NCBI RefSeq assembly: GCF_009914755.1
Contig: NC_060940.1
Reading direction: 5' to 3' (one strand)
Source of the DNA: the human T2T-CHM13v2.0 reference genome, Homo sapiens
Length of the DNA stretch: 64,000 bases
The position numbers were made by a program, and so were the translations under genes. Below are positions 14,124 through 28,751 of this stretch, piece by piece; position 1 is the stretch's first letter; every line of letters starts with the position of its first letter. The notes under the pieces were generated by a model. That model did no database searches, was not told the origin of the DNA, and worked only from the letters and a program-made list of their open reading frames with translations.

Positions 14124-16527
14124 TGATGATTCCATTCATGTCGATTTGGTGATTCCATTTGACTTCATTTGATGATGATTCCTTTCAAGTTCATTAGATG
14201 ATTCCATTCGATTCCATTTGATGATGATCCCATTCGAGTCCATTCAGTGATTCCATTCATTTCCATTCCATGATGATTCCATTCCTTTCCATTCAATGAT
14301 TCCATTCGATTCCGTTTGATGATGATTTCATTCGAGTCCATTTGATGATTCCATTTGATTCCATTCGATGATGATTCCATTCGAGTCCATTCGATGATTC
14401 TATTCGAATCCATTTGATGATTTCTTTTGATTATATTTGGTGATGATTCCATTGGAGTCCATTCAATGATTCCATTCTATTCCAATCGATGATGATTCCA
14501 TTAGAGTCCATTTAATGATTCCATTTGATTCCAGTCTCTGATGATTACATTCGAGTCCATACGATGATTCCACTCAATTCCATATGATGATGATTCCATT
14601 TGATTCCATTCGGTGATTCCATTCTATTCTATTCAATGGTGATTCCATTCGAGTACATTAGATGATTCCATTCGATTCCATTCAATGATGATTCTATTTG
14701 TGTCCCTTAGATGATTCCACATGATTCCATTAGATGATGATACTATTTGAGCCCATCCAATGATTCCCTTCGATTCCATTCGATGAGGATTCCATTCGAT
14801 TCAATTCATTGGTGATTCTATTCAATTCAATTCTTTGATTCCATTCCATTCCATTCGACAATAATTCCATTCGATTTCTTTCGATGATTCCACTCGATTC
14901 CACTTGACATTGATTCCATTCGATTCCATTCAATGATTCCATTTGATTCCAGTGGATGATGATTGCCATCGATTCCATTCGATCACTCCATTCTATTCCA
15001 TTTGATGATGATTACATTCGATTCCATTTGATGATTCCATCTGATTCTATTCGAGGATTCCATTTGATTCCATTCGATGATGATTCCATTCGAGTCCATT
15101 CGATGATTTCATTCGAGTACATCCAATGATTCCATTCGAGTCCATTAGATGATTCCATTTGATTCCATTTGAAAATGATTCTACTAGAGTCCATTCAATG
15201 ACTCCATTCGAGTCCATTCAACAATTCCATTCGACTCCATTCGATGATTCCATTCGATTCCATTTGATGGTTCCATTCGAGTCCATTTAATCATTACAGT
15301 CGAGTCCATTTGGTGATTCCACTGGATTTCTTTTGATAATGATACCATTCAATTACATTTGATGATGATCCCATTCAATTTCATTTGATGATGATTCCAT
15401 TAGAGTCCATTCGATGATTTCATTCGAGTCCCTTCATTGATTCCATCCGATTTCATTGGATGATGACTCCATTCGAGTCCATTCGATGATTCCACTCGAT
15501 TCCATTAGATGACTCCATTGGAGCCCATTTGATTGTTCCATTCGATTCCATTCGATTCCTTTCGAAGATTATTCCATTTGAGTCCATTCGATGATGATTC
15601 CATTCCATTCCATTTGATGATTCCGTTTGATTCCATTCGATGATTCCCTTCGATTCCTTTCTTTGATGATTCCATTCCATTCCATTCAATGATTCCATTC
15701 GAATCTATTCCATGATGATTCCTTTCGATTCCATTCGCTGATGTTTCCGTTCAATTCCATTCGATGATGATTCCATTCGATTCCATTCATTGAGGATTCC
15801 ATTTGATTCCATTCAATGATGATTCCATTCTATTCCATTCAATGATTGCATTCAATTCCATTCAATGATTATCCCCTTAGAGTAAACTCAACGATTCCAT
15901 TCAATACCATTCGATGATGATTCCTTTTGAGTCCATTCAATGATTTCATTCAAGTCCATTTGATGATTCCTTTCAATTCCATTCTATGATGATTCCATTC
16001 GAGTCCATTCGATGATTCCATTCGATTGCATTCGATGATTCCATTATATTCCATTCAACGGTGATTCCATTCGAGTCCATTCCATGATTCCATTAGAGTA
16101 CATTTAATGATTGCTTTGTTTTCAATTCGAAGATGATTACATTGGATTCCATTCTATGATACCATTCGATTCCATTCAATGATGATTCCACTCAAATCCA
16201 TTGGATGATTCCATTCGTGTCCATTCGGTGATTTCATTAGATTCCATTCGAGGATGATTCCATTCGATTCCATTCGATGATTCCATTCAATTCCATTAGA
16301 TGATGATTCCATTCCAGTCCATATGATCATTCCATTCAATTCCATACGATGATGATTCCATTTGATTTGATTCGACAGTGAGCCATTTGATTCAATTCCA
16401 TGATGATTCTATTTGATTCAATTGGTTGACATTTCCATTCGATTCCATTCGATGATGATTCCCTTTGATTCCGTTCAAAGATGATTCCATTCTAGCCCAT
16501 TCAATCATTCCATTCGATTCTATTCAA
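14124..16527 (+). repeat. Copy 4, a 2,404-bp hybrid unit: unit positions 1-~2213 joined to ~5922-6112, with 3,708 bp absent
   Basis: CCAGTCCATATGATCA-TTCCATT-CAATTCCATACGATG at 16313-16351 fuses two normally distant segments. The junction lies in TTCCATT at 16330-16336. Confidence 0.93.
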
Positions 16528-19500
16528 TGATGATTCCATTCATGTCGATTTGGTGATTCCATTTGACTTCATTTGATGATGATTCCTTTCAAGTTCATTA
16601 GATGATTCCATTCGATTCCATTTGATGATGATCCCATTCGAATCCATTCAGTGATTCCATTCATTTCCATTCCATGATGATTCCATTCCTTTCCATTCAA
16701 TGATTCCATTCGATTCCGTTTGATGATGATTTCATTCGAGTCCATTTGATGATTCCATTTGATTCCATTCGATGATGATTCCATTCGAGTCCATTCGATG
16801 ATTCTATTCGAATCCATTTGATGATTTCTTTTGATTATATTTGGTGATGATTCCATTGGAGTCCATTCAATGATTCCATTCTATTCCAATCGATGATGAT
16901 TCCATTAGAGTCCATTTAATGATTCCATTTGATTCCAGTCTCTGATGATTACATTCGAGTCCATACGATGATTCCACTCAATTCCATATGATGATGATTC
17001 CATTTGATTCCATTCGGTGATTCCATTCTATTCTATTCAATGGTGATTCCATTCGAGTACATTAGATGATTCCATTCGATTCCATTCAATGATGATTCTA
17101 TTTGTGTCCCTTAGATGATTCCACATGATTCCATTACATGATGATACTATTTGAGCCCATCCAATGATTCCCTTCGATTCCATTCGATGAGGATTCCATT
17201 CGATTCAATTCATTGGTGATTCTATTCAATTCAATTCTTTGATTCCATTCCATTCCATTCGACAATGATTCCATTCGATTTCTTTCGATGATTCCACTCG
17301 ATTCCACTTGACATTGATTCCATTCGATTCCATTCAATGATTCCATTTGATTCCAGTGGATGATGATTGCCATCGATTCCATTCGATCACTCCATTCTAT
17401 TCCATTTGATGATGATTACATTCGATTCCATTTGATGATTCCATCTGATTCTATTCGAGGATTCCATTTGATTCCATTCGATGATGATTCCATTCGAGTC
17501 CATTCGATGATTTCATTCGAGTACATCCAATGATTCCATTCGAGTCCATTAGATGATTCCGTTTGATTCCATTTGAAAATGATTCTACTAGAGTCCATTC
17601 AATGACTCCATTCGAGTCCATTCAACAATTCCATTCGACTCCATTCGATGATTCCATTCGATTCCATTTGATGGTTCCATTCGAGTCCATTTAATCATTA
17701 CAGTCGAGTCCGTTTGGTGATTCCACTGGATTTCTTTTGATAATGATACCATTCAATTACATTTGATGATGATCCCATTCAATTTCATTTGATGATGATT
17801 CCATTAGAGTCCATTCGATGATTTCATTCGAGTCCCTTCATTGATTCCATCCGATTTCATTGGATGATGACTCCATTCGAGTCCATTCGATGATTCCACT
17901 CGATTCCATTAGATGACTCCATTGGAGTCCATTTGATTGTTCCATTCGATTCCATTCGATTCCTTTCGAAGATTATTCCATTTGAGTCCATTCGATGATG
18001 ATTCCATTCCATTCCATTCGATGATTCCGTTTGATTCCATTCGATGATTCCCTTCGATTCCTTTCTTTGATGATTCCATTCCATTCCATTCAATGATTCC
18101 ATTCGAATCTATTCCATGATGATTCCTTTCGATTCCATTCGCTGATGTTTCCGTTCAATTCCATTCGATGATGATTCCATTCGATTCCATTCATTGAGGA
18201 TTCCATTTGATTCCATTCAATGATGATTCCATTCTATTCCATTCAATGATTTCATTCAATTCCATTCAATGATTATCCCCTTAGAGTAAACTCAACGATT
18301 GCATTCAATACCATTCGATGATGATTCCTTTTGAGTCCATTCAATGATTTCATTCAAGTCCATTTGATGATTCCTTTCAATTCCATTCGATGATGATTCC
18401 ATTCGAGTCCATTCGATGATTCCATTCGATTGCATTCGATGATTCCATTATATTCCATTCAACGGTGATTCCATTCGAGTCCATTCCATGATTCCATTAG
18501 AGTACATTTAATGATTGCTTTGTTTTCAATTCGAAGATGATTGCATTGGATTCCATTCTATGATACCATTCGATTCCATTCAATGATGATTCCACTCAAA
18601 TCCATTGGATGATTCCATTCGTGTCCATTCGGTGATTTCATTAGATTCCATTCGAGGATGATTCCATTCGATTCCATTCGATGATTCCATTCAATTCCAT
18701 TCGATGATGATTCCATTCCAGTCCATATGATCATTCCATTTGATTTCATTCGATGATGATTCCATTCGATTCCATTCGACGATTCCATTCTATTCCATTC
18801 GATGATGATTCCATTCGAGTCCATTCGATCAATCCATTCGAGTCCATTTAATGATTCCATTGGGTTCAATTCAATGATGATTACATTGGATTCCGTTCTA
18901 TGATTCCATTCAATTCCGTTCATTGACAATTTGATTCCATTCGATGATGATTCCATTTGAGTTCATTCGATGATTCTATTCGATTCTCTTCGATGGTGAT
19001 TCAATTTTATTATATTGGATAATTCCATTCGATTCCATTTGATGTTGATTCAATTCGATTCTATTCGATGATGATTCCATTGGATTTCACTTGATGATTC
19101 TATTCGATTCCATTCAATGATGATTCACTTCTCGTCCATTGGATGATTCCATTTCATTCCATTCGATGATGATTCCATTTGATTCCATTCGTTGATTCCA
19201 TTTGATTCCATGCGACGGTGAGCAATTCGATTCAATTCCATGATGATTCTATTTGATTCAATTAGATGATGTTTCCATTCGAATCCATTCCATGATTATT
19301 CCATTGGAATCCATTCGGCGATGATTCCATATGAGTCAATTCAATGATGATTCCATATGGGTCCGTTCGATGATAATTCCATTTGATTTCATTCGATGCT
19401 TCTATTCTTTTCCAGTCGATGATGATTCCGTTGGAGTCCATACGATGATTCCATTTGATTTCATTTGATGATGATTCCATTCGATGATGATTACATTGGA

Positions 19501-22500
19501 TTCCATTCTATGATTCCATTCAATTCCATTCGTTGATGATTCGATTCCATTCAATGATGATTCCATTTGAGTTCATTCGATGATTCTATTCGATTCCGTT
19601 CGATGGTGATTCAATTCTATTATATTGGATGATTCCACTCGATTCCATTTGATGATTATTCCATTGGAGTCCACTTAGTGAATCCTTTAGATTCTACTCG
19701 ACGATGATTCCATTCGAGTCCATTCGATGATACCATTCAATTCCATTCGTTGATGCTTCCATTCAAGTGCATTCGATGATATCATTCGATTCCATTTGAT
19801 GATAATTCCATTTGATTCCATGCGATGATTCTATTCGATTCCATTCAATGATAATTCCATTCAATTCAGTGATTCCTCTGGACTCCATTTGATGATGATT
19901 CCATTCAATGATTCCATTCGATTCTATTCGAAAATGATTCCATTTGAATCCATTTGATGATGATTCCATTAGATTCCATTTGATGATTCCATTCGATTCC
20001 ATTCGACGATGATTCCATTCGATTCCGTTTGATGATTCCATTCTATTCTATTCGATGATGATTCCATTCGATTCCATTCGATGATGATTGGATTCGATTC
20101 CATTGGATGATTTCATTTGATTCCATTCGTTAATGATTTCGATCAATTCCATTCGATGATTCCATTCGATTCCATTCGATAATGATTACATCCGAGTCCA
20201 TTCGATGATTCCCTTTGAGCCTGTTCGATAATTCCATTTGAGTCCAACCAATGATTCCATTCATTTCCATTCAATGATTCCATTCGAGTCCATTTGATCA
20301 TTCCGGTAGGGTCCATTCGATGTTGATTCCATTGGAGTGCATTCGATGATTCCATTCGAGTCCATTTTAGGATTTGATTCGAGTCCTTTCGATGATTCCA
20401 TTCGATTCCACTCGATGATGATTTCATTCGAGTCCATTCGACACTTCCAATCGATTCCATTTGATGATTCCATTCGAGTCCAATTGATGATTCCATTCAA
20501 TTCCATTCGATGATGATTCCGTACGATTCCATTCTGTGATGATTCCATGTGATTGCATTCAATGATGATTCCTTTCGATTACATTCGATTATGATTCATT
20601 TCGTGTTCATTCTATGGTTCCACAGGTTTCCATTCGTGTCCATTCCATTATTCCATTCTATTCCATTTGATGATGATTCCGTTCGATTCCATTCATTGGT
20701 GATTCCACTCAATTCCATTCAATGATTCCATTCCATTTCTTTCAACAATGATTCCATTAGTTTCTAATCGATGATCCACTTGATTCCATTTGACGACGAT
20801 TCCATTCTTGTCCATTCGATGATTCCATTTGATTCCATATGATGATGATTCCATTCGATTCCATACCATGATGATTCCATTCGAGTCCATTCAATGGTGA
20901 TTCCATTCAATTCCATTCGATGATTCCTTTTGATTCCATTCGATGATGATGGCATTCGATTCCTTTCAATCATTCCCTTTGATTCCATTCAAAGGTGATT
21001 TCATTCAAGTCCATTCGATAATTGCATTCGATTCCATTCTATGATGATTCCATTCGAGTCCATTTGATGATTCCATTCAATTCAAGTCAATGATGATTCC
21101 ATTCGATTCCATTCGATGATTCCATTGGATTCCATTCGATGATGATTCCATTCAAATCCATTCGATAATTCAATTCAAGTCCATTCGATGATGATTCCAA
21201 TCGAATCCATTCAAAGATTCCATTCAGTTCCATTCGATGATTCCCTTAGATTCCATTCGATGATTCCACTTGATTGCATTTACGATGATTCCATTCGATT
21301 CCATGTGATGATTCCATTCAATTCTATTCAATGATGTCTCCATTTGATTCCATTCGACCATGATTGCCTTTGATTCCATTCAATGATTCCATTCGGTTCC
21401 GTTTGATGATGATTCCGTTCGATTCCATTTGATGATTCCATTTGATTCCATTGGATGAGTCCATTCGATTACATTCGATGATTATTCCATTCGAGTGCAT
21501 TAGATGATTCCATTCGAGTCCATTCGATGATTCCATTCGATTCCATTCGATGTTGATTCTGTTCAAATCCATTCGATGATTCCACTCGATTCCATTCGTT
21601 GACTCCATTTGATCCCATTCGATGATTTCCTTTGATTCCCTTTGATGATCATTCCATTTGATTCAATTCGGTGATTTCATTTGATTCCATTCAGTGATGT
21701 TTCCATTCGACTCCATTCGATGATGATTCCATTCGACTCCATTCGATTATGATTTCATTCAATTCCATTCGATAATGATTCCCTTCGAGTCCATTCGATG
21801 ATTCCATTCGATTCCATTCAACAATGATTTGATTCGTGTCCATTCGATGATTCCATTTGATTCCACATGATGATGATTCCATTCGAGTCCATTTGATGAT
21901 TCCATTCAATTCCATACTCCGATGATTTCTTTTGAGCCCACTCAATGCTTCCACTCGATTCCATATGATGATGACTCCATTCGATGAAATTCGATGATGA
22001 TTCCATTCGCTTGCTTTCGATGATGATTCCACTTGAGTCCGTTAGAAGATTCTATTCAATTACATTCCATGACAATTCCGTTCGAGTCCATTTGATGATT
22101 CCATTAGACTCCATTCGACGATGATTCCATTCGATGTTATTCGATGATTCCATTCGATCTCATTCGATGATGATTCCATTCAACTCCATTCGATGTTTCC
22201 ATTCGAGTTCATTCTATTATTCCATTAGATTCCATTCGATGATGATTCCATTCGATTCCATTTGATGATTGCATTCTATTTCATTTGATGATGATTCCAT
22301 TCGAGTCCACTCGATGATTCCATTCGAGTCCATTTAATGAATCCATTGGTTTCAATTCTATGATGATTACATTGGATTCCATTCGTTGATGATTTCATTC
22401 GGTTCCATTCAATGATGATTCCATTCAATTCCTTTCAATGTTTCCATTCAATTCCATACGATGATGATTCCATTTGATTTGATTCGACAGTGAGCCATTC

Positions 22501-22639
22501 GATTCAATTCCATGATGATTCTATTTGATTCAATTGGTTGACATTTCCATTCGATTCCATTCGATGATGATTCCCTTTGATTCCGTTCAAAGATGATTCC
22601 ATTCTAGCCCATTCAATCATTCCATTCGATTCTATTCAA
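16528..22639 (+). repeat. 6,112-bp unit, copy 5 (full length)
   Basis: Landmark spacing 16569 to 22681 is 6,112. Confidence 0.95.
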
Positions 22640-25600
22640 TGATGATTCCATTCATGTCGATTTGGTGATTCCATTTGACTTCATTTGATGATGATTCCTT
22701 TCAAGTTCATTAGATGATTCCATTCGATTCCATTTGATGATGATCCCATTCGAGTCCATTCAGTGATTCCATTCGTTTCCATTCCATGATGATTCCATTC
22801 CTTTCCATTCAATGATTCCATTCGATTCCGTTTGATGATGATTTCATTCGAGTCCATTTGATGATTCCATTTGATTCCATTCGATGATGATTCCATTCGA
22901 GTCCATTCGATGATTCTATTCGAATCCATTTGATGATTTCTTTTGATTATATTTGGTGATGATTCCATTGGAGTCCATTCAATGATTCCATTCGATTCCA
23001 ATCGATGATGATTCCATTAGAGTCCATTTAATGATTCCACTTGATTCCAGTCTCTGATGATTACATTCGAGTCCATACGATGATTCCACTCAATTCCATA
23101 TGATGATGATTCCATTTGATTCCATTCGGTGATTCCATTCTATTCTATTCAATGGTGATTCCATTCGAGTACATTAGATGATTCCATTCGATTCCATTCA
23201 ATGATGATTCTATTTGTGTCCCTTAGATGATTCCACATGATTCCATTACATGATGATACTATTTGAGCCCATCCAATGATTCCCTTCGATTCCATTCGAT
23301 GAGGATTCCATTCGATTCAGTTCATTGGTGATTCTATTCAATTCAATTCTTTGATTCCATTCCATTCCATTCGACAATGATTCCATTCGATTTCTTTCGA
23401 TGATTCCACTCGATTCCACTTGACATTGATTCCCTTCGATTCCATTCAATGATTCCATTTGATTCCAGTGGATGATGATTGCCATCGATTCCATTCGATC
23501 ACTCCATTCTATTCCATTTGATGATGATTACATTCGATTCCATTTGACGATTCCATCTGATTCTATTCGAGGATTCCATTTGATTCCATTCGATGATGAT
23601 TCCATTCGAGTCCATTCGATGATTTCATTCGAGTACATCCAATGATTCCATTCGAGTCCATTAGATGATTCCATTTGATTCCATTTGAAAATGATTCTAC
23701 TAGAGTCCATTCAATGACTCCATTCGAGTCCATTCAACAATTCCATTCGACTCCATTCGATGATTCCATTCGATTCCATTTGATGGTTCCATTCGAGTCC
23801 ATTTAATCATTACAGTCGAGTCCATTTGGTGATTCCACTGGATTTCTTTTGATAATGATACCATTCAATTACATTTGATGATGATCCCATTCAATTTCAT
23901 TTGATGATGATTCCATTAGAGTCCATTCGATGATTTCATTCGAGTCCCTTCATTGATTCCATCCGATTTCATTGGATGATGACTCCATTCGAGTCCATTC
24001 GATGATTCCACTCGATTCCATTAGATGACTCCATTGGAGTCCATTTGATTGTTCCATTCGATTCCATTCGATTCCTTTCGAAGATTATTCCATTTGAGTC
24101 CATTCGATGATGATTCCATTCCATTCCATTCGATGATTCCGTTTGATTCCATTCGATGATTCCCTTCGATTCCTTTCTTTGATGATTCCATTCCATTCCA
24201 TTCAATGATTCCATTCGAATCTATTCCATGATGATTCCTTTCGATTCCATTCGCTGATGTTTCCGTTCAATTCCATTCGATGATGATTCCATTCGATTCC
24301 ATTCATTGAGGATTCCATTTGATTCCATTCAATGATGATTCCATTCTATTCCATTCAATGATTGCATTCAATTCCATTCAATGATTATCCCCTTAGAGTA
24401 AACTCAACGATTCCATTCAATACCATTCGATGATGATTCCTTTTGAGTCCATTCAATGATTTCATTCAAGTCCATTTGATGATTCCTTTCAATTCCATTC
24501 TATGATGATTCCATTCGAGTCCATTCGATGATTCCATTCGATTGCATTCGATGATTCCATTATATTCCATTCAACGGTGATTCCATTCGAGTCCATTCCA
24601 TGATTCCATTAGAGTACATTTAATGATTGCTTTGTTTTCAATTCGAAGATGATTACATTGGATTCCATTCTATGATACCATTCGATTCCATTCAATGATG
24701 ATTCCACTCAAATCCATTGGATGATTCCATTCGTGTCCATTCGGTGATTTCATTAGATTCCATTCGAGGATGATTCCATTCGATTCCATTCGATGATTCC
24801 ATTCAATTCCATTCGATGATGATTCCATTCCAGTCCATATGATCATTCCATTTGATTTCATTCGATGATGATTCCATTCGATTCCTTTCGACGATTCCAT
24901 TCTATTCCATTCGATGATGATTCCATTCGAGTCCATTCGATGATTCCATTCGAGTCCATTTAATGATTCCATTGGGTTCAATTCAATGATGATTACATTG
25001 GATTCCATTCTCTGATTCCATTCAATTCCGTTCAATGACAATTTGATTCCATTCGATGATGATTCCATTTGAGTTCATTCGATGATTCTATTCGATTCTC
25101 TTCGATGGTGATTCAATTCTATTATATTGGATGATTCCATTCGATTCCATTTGATGTTGATTCAATTCGATTCTATTCGATGATGATTCCATTGGATTTC
25201 ACTTGATGATTCTATTCGATTCCATTCAATGATGATTCACTTCTCGTCCATTGGATGATTCCATTTCATTCCATTCGATGATGATTCCATTCGATTCCAT
25301 TCGATGATTCCATTTGATTCCATGCGACGGTGAGCAATTCGATTCAATTCCATGATGATTCTATTTGATTCAATTAGATGATGTTTCCATTCGAATCCAT
25401 TCCATGATTATTCCATTGGAATCCATTCGGCGATGATTCCATATGAGTCAATTCAATGATGATTCCATATGGGTCCGTTCGATGATAATTCCATTTGATT
25501 TCATTCGATGCTTCTATTCTATTCCAGTCGATGATGATTCCGTTGGAGTCCATACGATGATTCCATTTGATTTCATTTGATGATGATTCCATTCGATGAT

Positions 25601-28600
25601 GATTACATTGGATTCCATTCTATGATTCCATTCAATTCCATTCGTTGATGATTCGATTCCATTCAATGATGATTCCATTTGAGTTCATTCGATGATTCTA
25701 CTCGATTCCGTTCGATGGTGATTCAATTCTATTATATTGGATGATTCCACTCGATTCCATTTGATGATTATTGCATTGGAGTCCATTTAGTGAATCCTTT
25801 AGATTCTATTCGACGATGATTCCATTCGAGTCCATTCGATGATACCATTCAATTCCATTCGTTGATGCTTCCATTCAAGTGCATTCGATGATATCATTCG
25901 ATTCCATTTGATGATAATTCCATTTGATTCCATGCGATGATTCTATTCGATTCCATTCAATGATAATTCCATTCAATTCAGTGATTCCTCTGGACTCCAT
26001 TTGATGATGATTCCATTCAATGATTCCATTCGATTCTATTCGAAAATGATTCCATTTGAATCCATTTGATGATGATTCCATTAGATTCCATTTGATGATT
26101 CCATTCGATTCCATTCGACGATGATTCCATTCGATTCCGTTTGATGATTCCATTCTATTCTATTCGATGATGATTCCATTCGATTCCATTCGATGATGAT
26201 TGGATTCGATTCCATTTGATGATTTCATTTGATTCCATTCGTTAATGATTTCGATCAATTCCATTCGATGATTCCATTCGATTCCATTCGATAATGATTA
26301 CATCCGAGTCCATTCGATGATTCCCTTTGAGCCTGTTCGATAATTCCATTTGAGTCCAACCAATGATTCCATTCATTTCCATTCAATGATTCCATTCGAG
26401 TCCATTTGATCATTCCGGTAGGGTCCATTCGATGTTGATTCCATTGGAGTGCATTCGATGATTCCATTCGAGTCCATTTTAGGATTTGATTCGAGTCCTT
26501 TCGATGATTCCATTCGATTCCACTCGATGATGATTTCATTCGAGTCCATTCGACACTTCCAATCGATTCCATTTGATGATTCCATTCGAGTCCAATTGAT
26601 GATTCCATTCAATTCCATTCGATGATGATTCCGTACGATTCCATTCTGTGATGATTCCATGTGATTGCATTCAATGATGATTCCTTTCGATTGCATTCGA
26701 TTATGATTCATTTCGTGTTCATTCTATGGTTCCACAGGTTTCCATTCGTGTCCATTCCATTATTCCATTCTATTCCATTTGATGATGATTCCATTCGATT
26801 CCATTCATTGGTGATTCCACTCAATTCCATTCAATGATTCCATTCCATTTCTTTCAACAATGATTCCATTAGTTTCTAATCGATGATCCACTTGATTCCA
26901 TTTGACGACGATTCCATTCTTGTCCATTTGATGATTCCATTTGATTCCATATGATGATGATTCCATTCGATTCCATACCATGATGATTCCATTCGAGTCC
27001 ATTCAATGGTGATTCCATTCAATTCCATTCGATGATTCCTTTCGATTCCATTCAATGATGATGGCATTCGATTCCTTTTAATCATTCCCTTTGATTCCAT
27101 TCAAAGGTGATTTCATTCAAGTCCATTCGATAATTGCATTCGATTCCATTCTATGATGATTCCATTCGAGTCCATTTGATGATTCCATTCAATTCAAGTC
27201 AATGATGATTCCATTCAATTCCATTCGATGATTCCATTGGATTCCATTCGATGATGATTCCATTCAAATCCATTCGATAATTCAATTCAAGTCCATTCGA
27301 TGATGATTCCAATCGAATCCATTCAAAGATTCCATTCTGTTCCATTCGATGATTCCCTTAGATTCCATTCGATGATTCCACTTGATTGCATTTACGATGA
27401 TTCCATTCGATTCCATGTGATGATTCCATTCAATTCTATTCAATGATGTCTCCATTTGATTCCATTCGACCATGATTGCCTTTGATTCCATTCAATGATT
27501 CCATTCGGTTCCGTTTGATGATGATTCTGTTCGATTCCATTTGATGATTCCATTTGATTCCATTGGATGAGTCCATTCGATTACATTCGATGATTATTCC
27601 ATTCGAGTGCATTAGATGATTCCATTCGAGTCCATTCGATGATTCCATTCGATTCCATTCGATGTTGATTCTGTTCAAATCCATTCGATGATTCCACTCG
27701 ATTCCATTCGTTGACTCCATTTGATCCCATTCGATGATTTCCTTTGATTCCCTTTGATGATCATTCCATTTGATTCAATTCGGTGATTTCATTTGATTCC
27801 ATTCAGTGATGTTTCCATTCGACTCCATTCGATGATGATTCCATTCGACTCCATTCGATTATGATTTCATTCAATTCCATTCGATAATGATTCCCTTCGA
27901 GTCCATTCGGTGATTCCATTCGATTCCATTCAACTATGATTTGATTCGTGTCCATTCGATGATTCCATTTGATTCCACTTGATGATGATTCCATTCGAGT
28001 CCATTTGATGATTCCATTCAATTCCATACTCCGATGATTTCTTTTGAGCCCACTCAATGCTTCCACTCGATTCCATATGATGATGACTCCATTCGATGAA
28101 ATTCGATGATGATTCCATTCGCTTGCTTTCGATGATGATTCCACTTGAGTCCGTTAGAAGATTCTATTCAATTACATTCCATGACGATTCCGTTCGAGTC
28201 CATTTGATGATTCCATTAGACTCCATTCGACGATGATTCCATTCGATGTTATTCGATGATTCCATTCGATCTCATTCGATGATGATTCCATTCAACTCCA
28301 TTCGATGTTTCCATTCGAGTTCATTCTATTATTCCATTAGATTCCATTCGATGATGATTCCATTCGATTCCATTTGATGATTGCATTCTATTTCATTTGA
28401 TGATGATTCCATTCGAGTCCACTCGATGATTCCATTCGAGTCCATTTAATGAATCCATTGGTTTCAATTCTATGATGATTACATTGGATTCCATTCGTTG
28501 ATGATTTCATTCGGTTCCATTCAATGATGATTCCATTCAATTCCTTTCAATGTTTCCATTCAATTCCATACGATGATGATTCCATTTGATTTGATTCGAC

Positions 28601-28751
28601 AGTGAGCCATTCGATTCAATTCCATGATGATTCTATTTGATTCAATTGGTTGACATTTCCATTCGATTCCATTCGATGATGATTCCCTTTGATTCCGTTC
28701 AAAGATGATTCCATTCTAGCCCATTCAATCATTCCATTCGATTCTATTCAA
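22640..28751 (+). repeat. 6,112-bp unit, copy 6 (full length)
   Basis: Landmark spacing 22681 to 28793 is 6,112. Confidence 0.95.
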
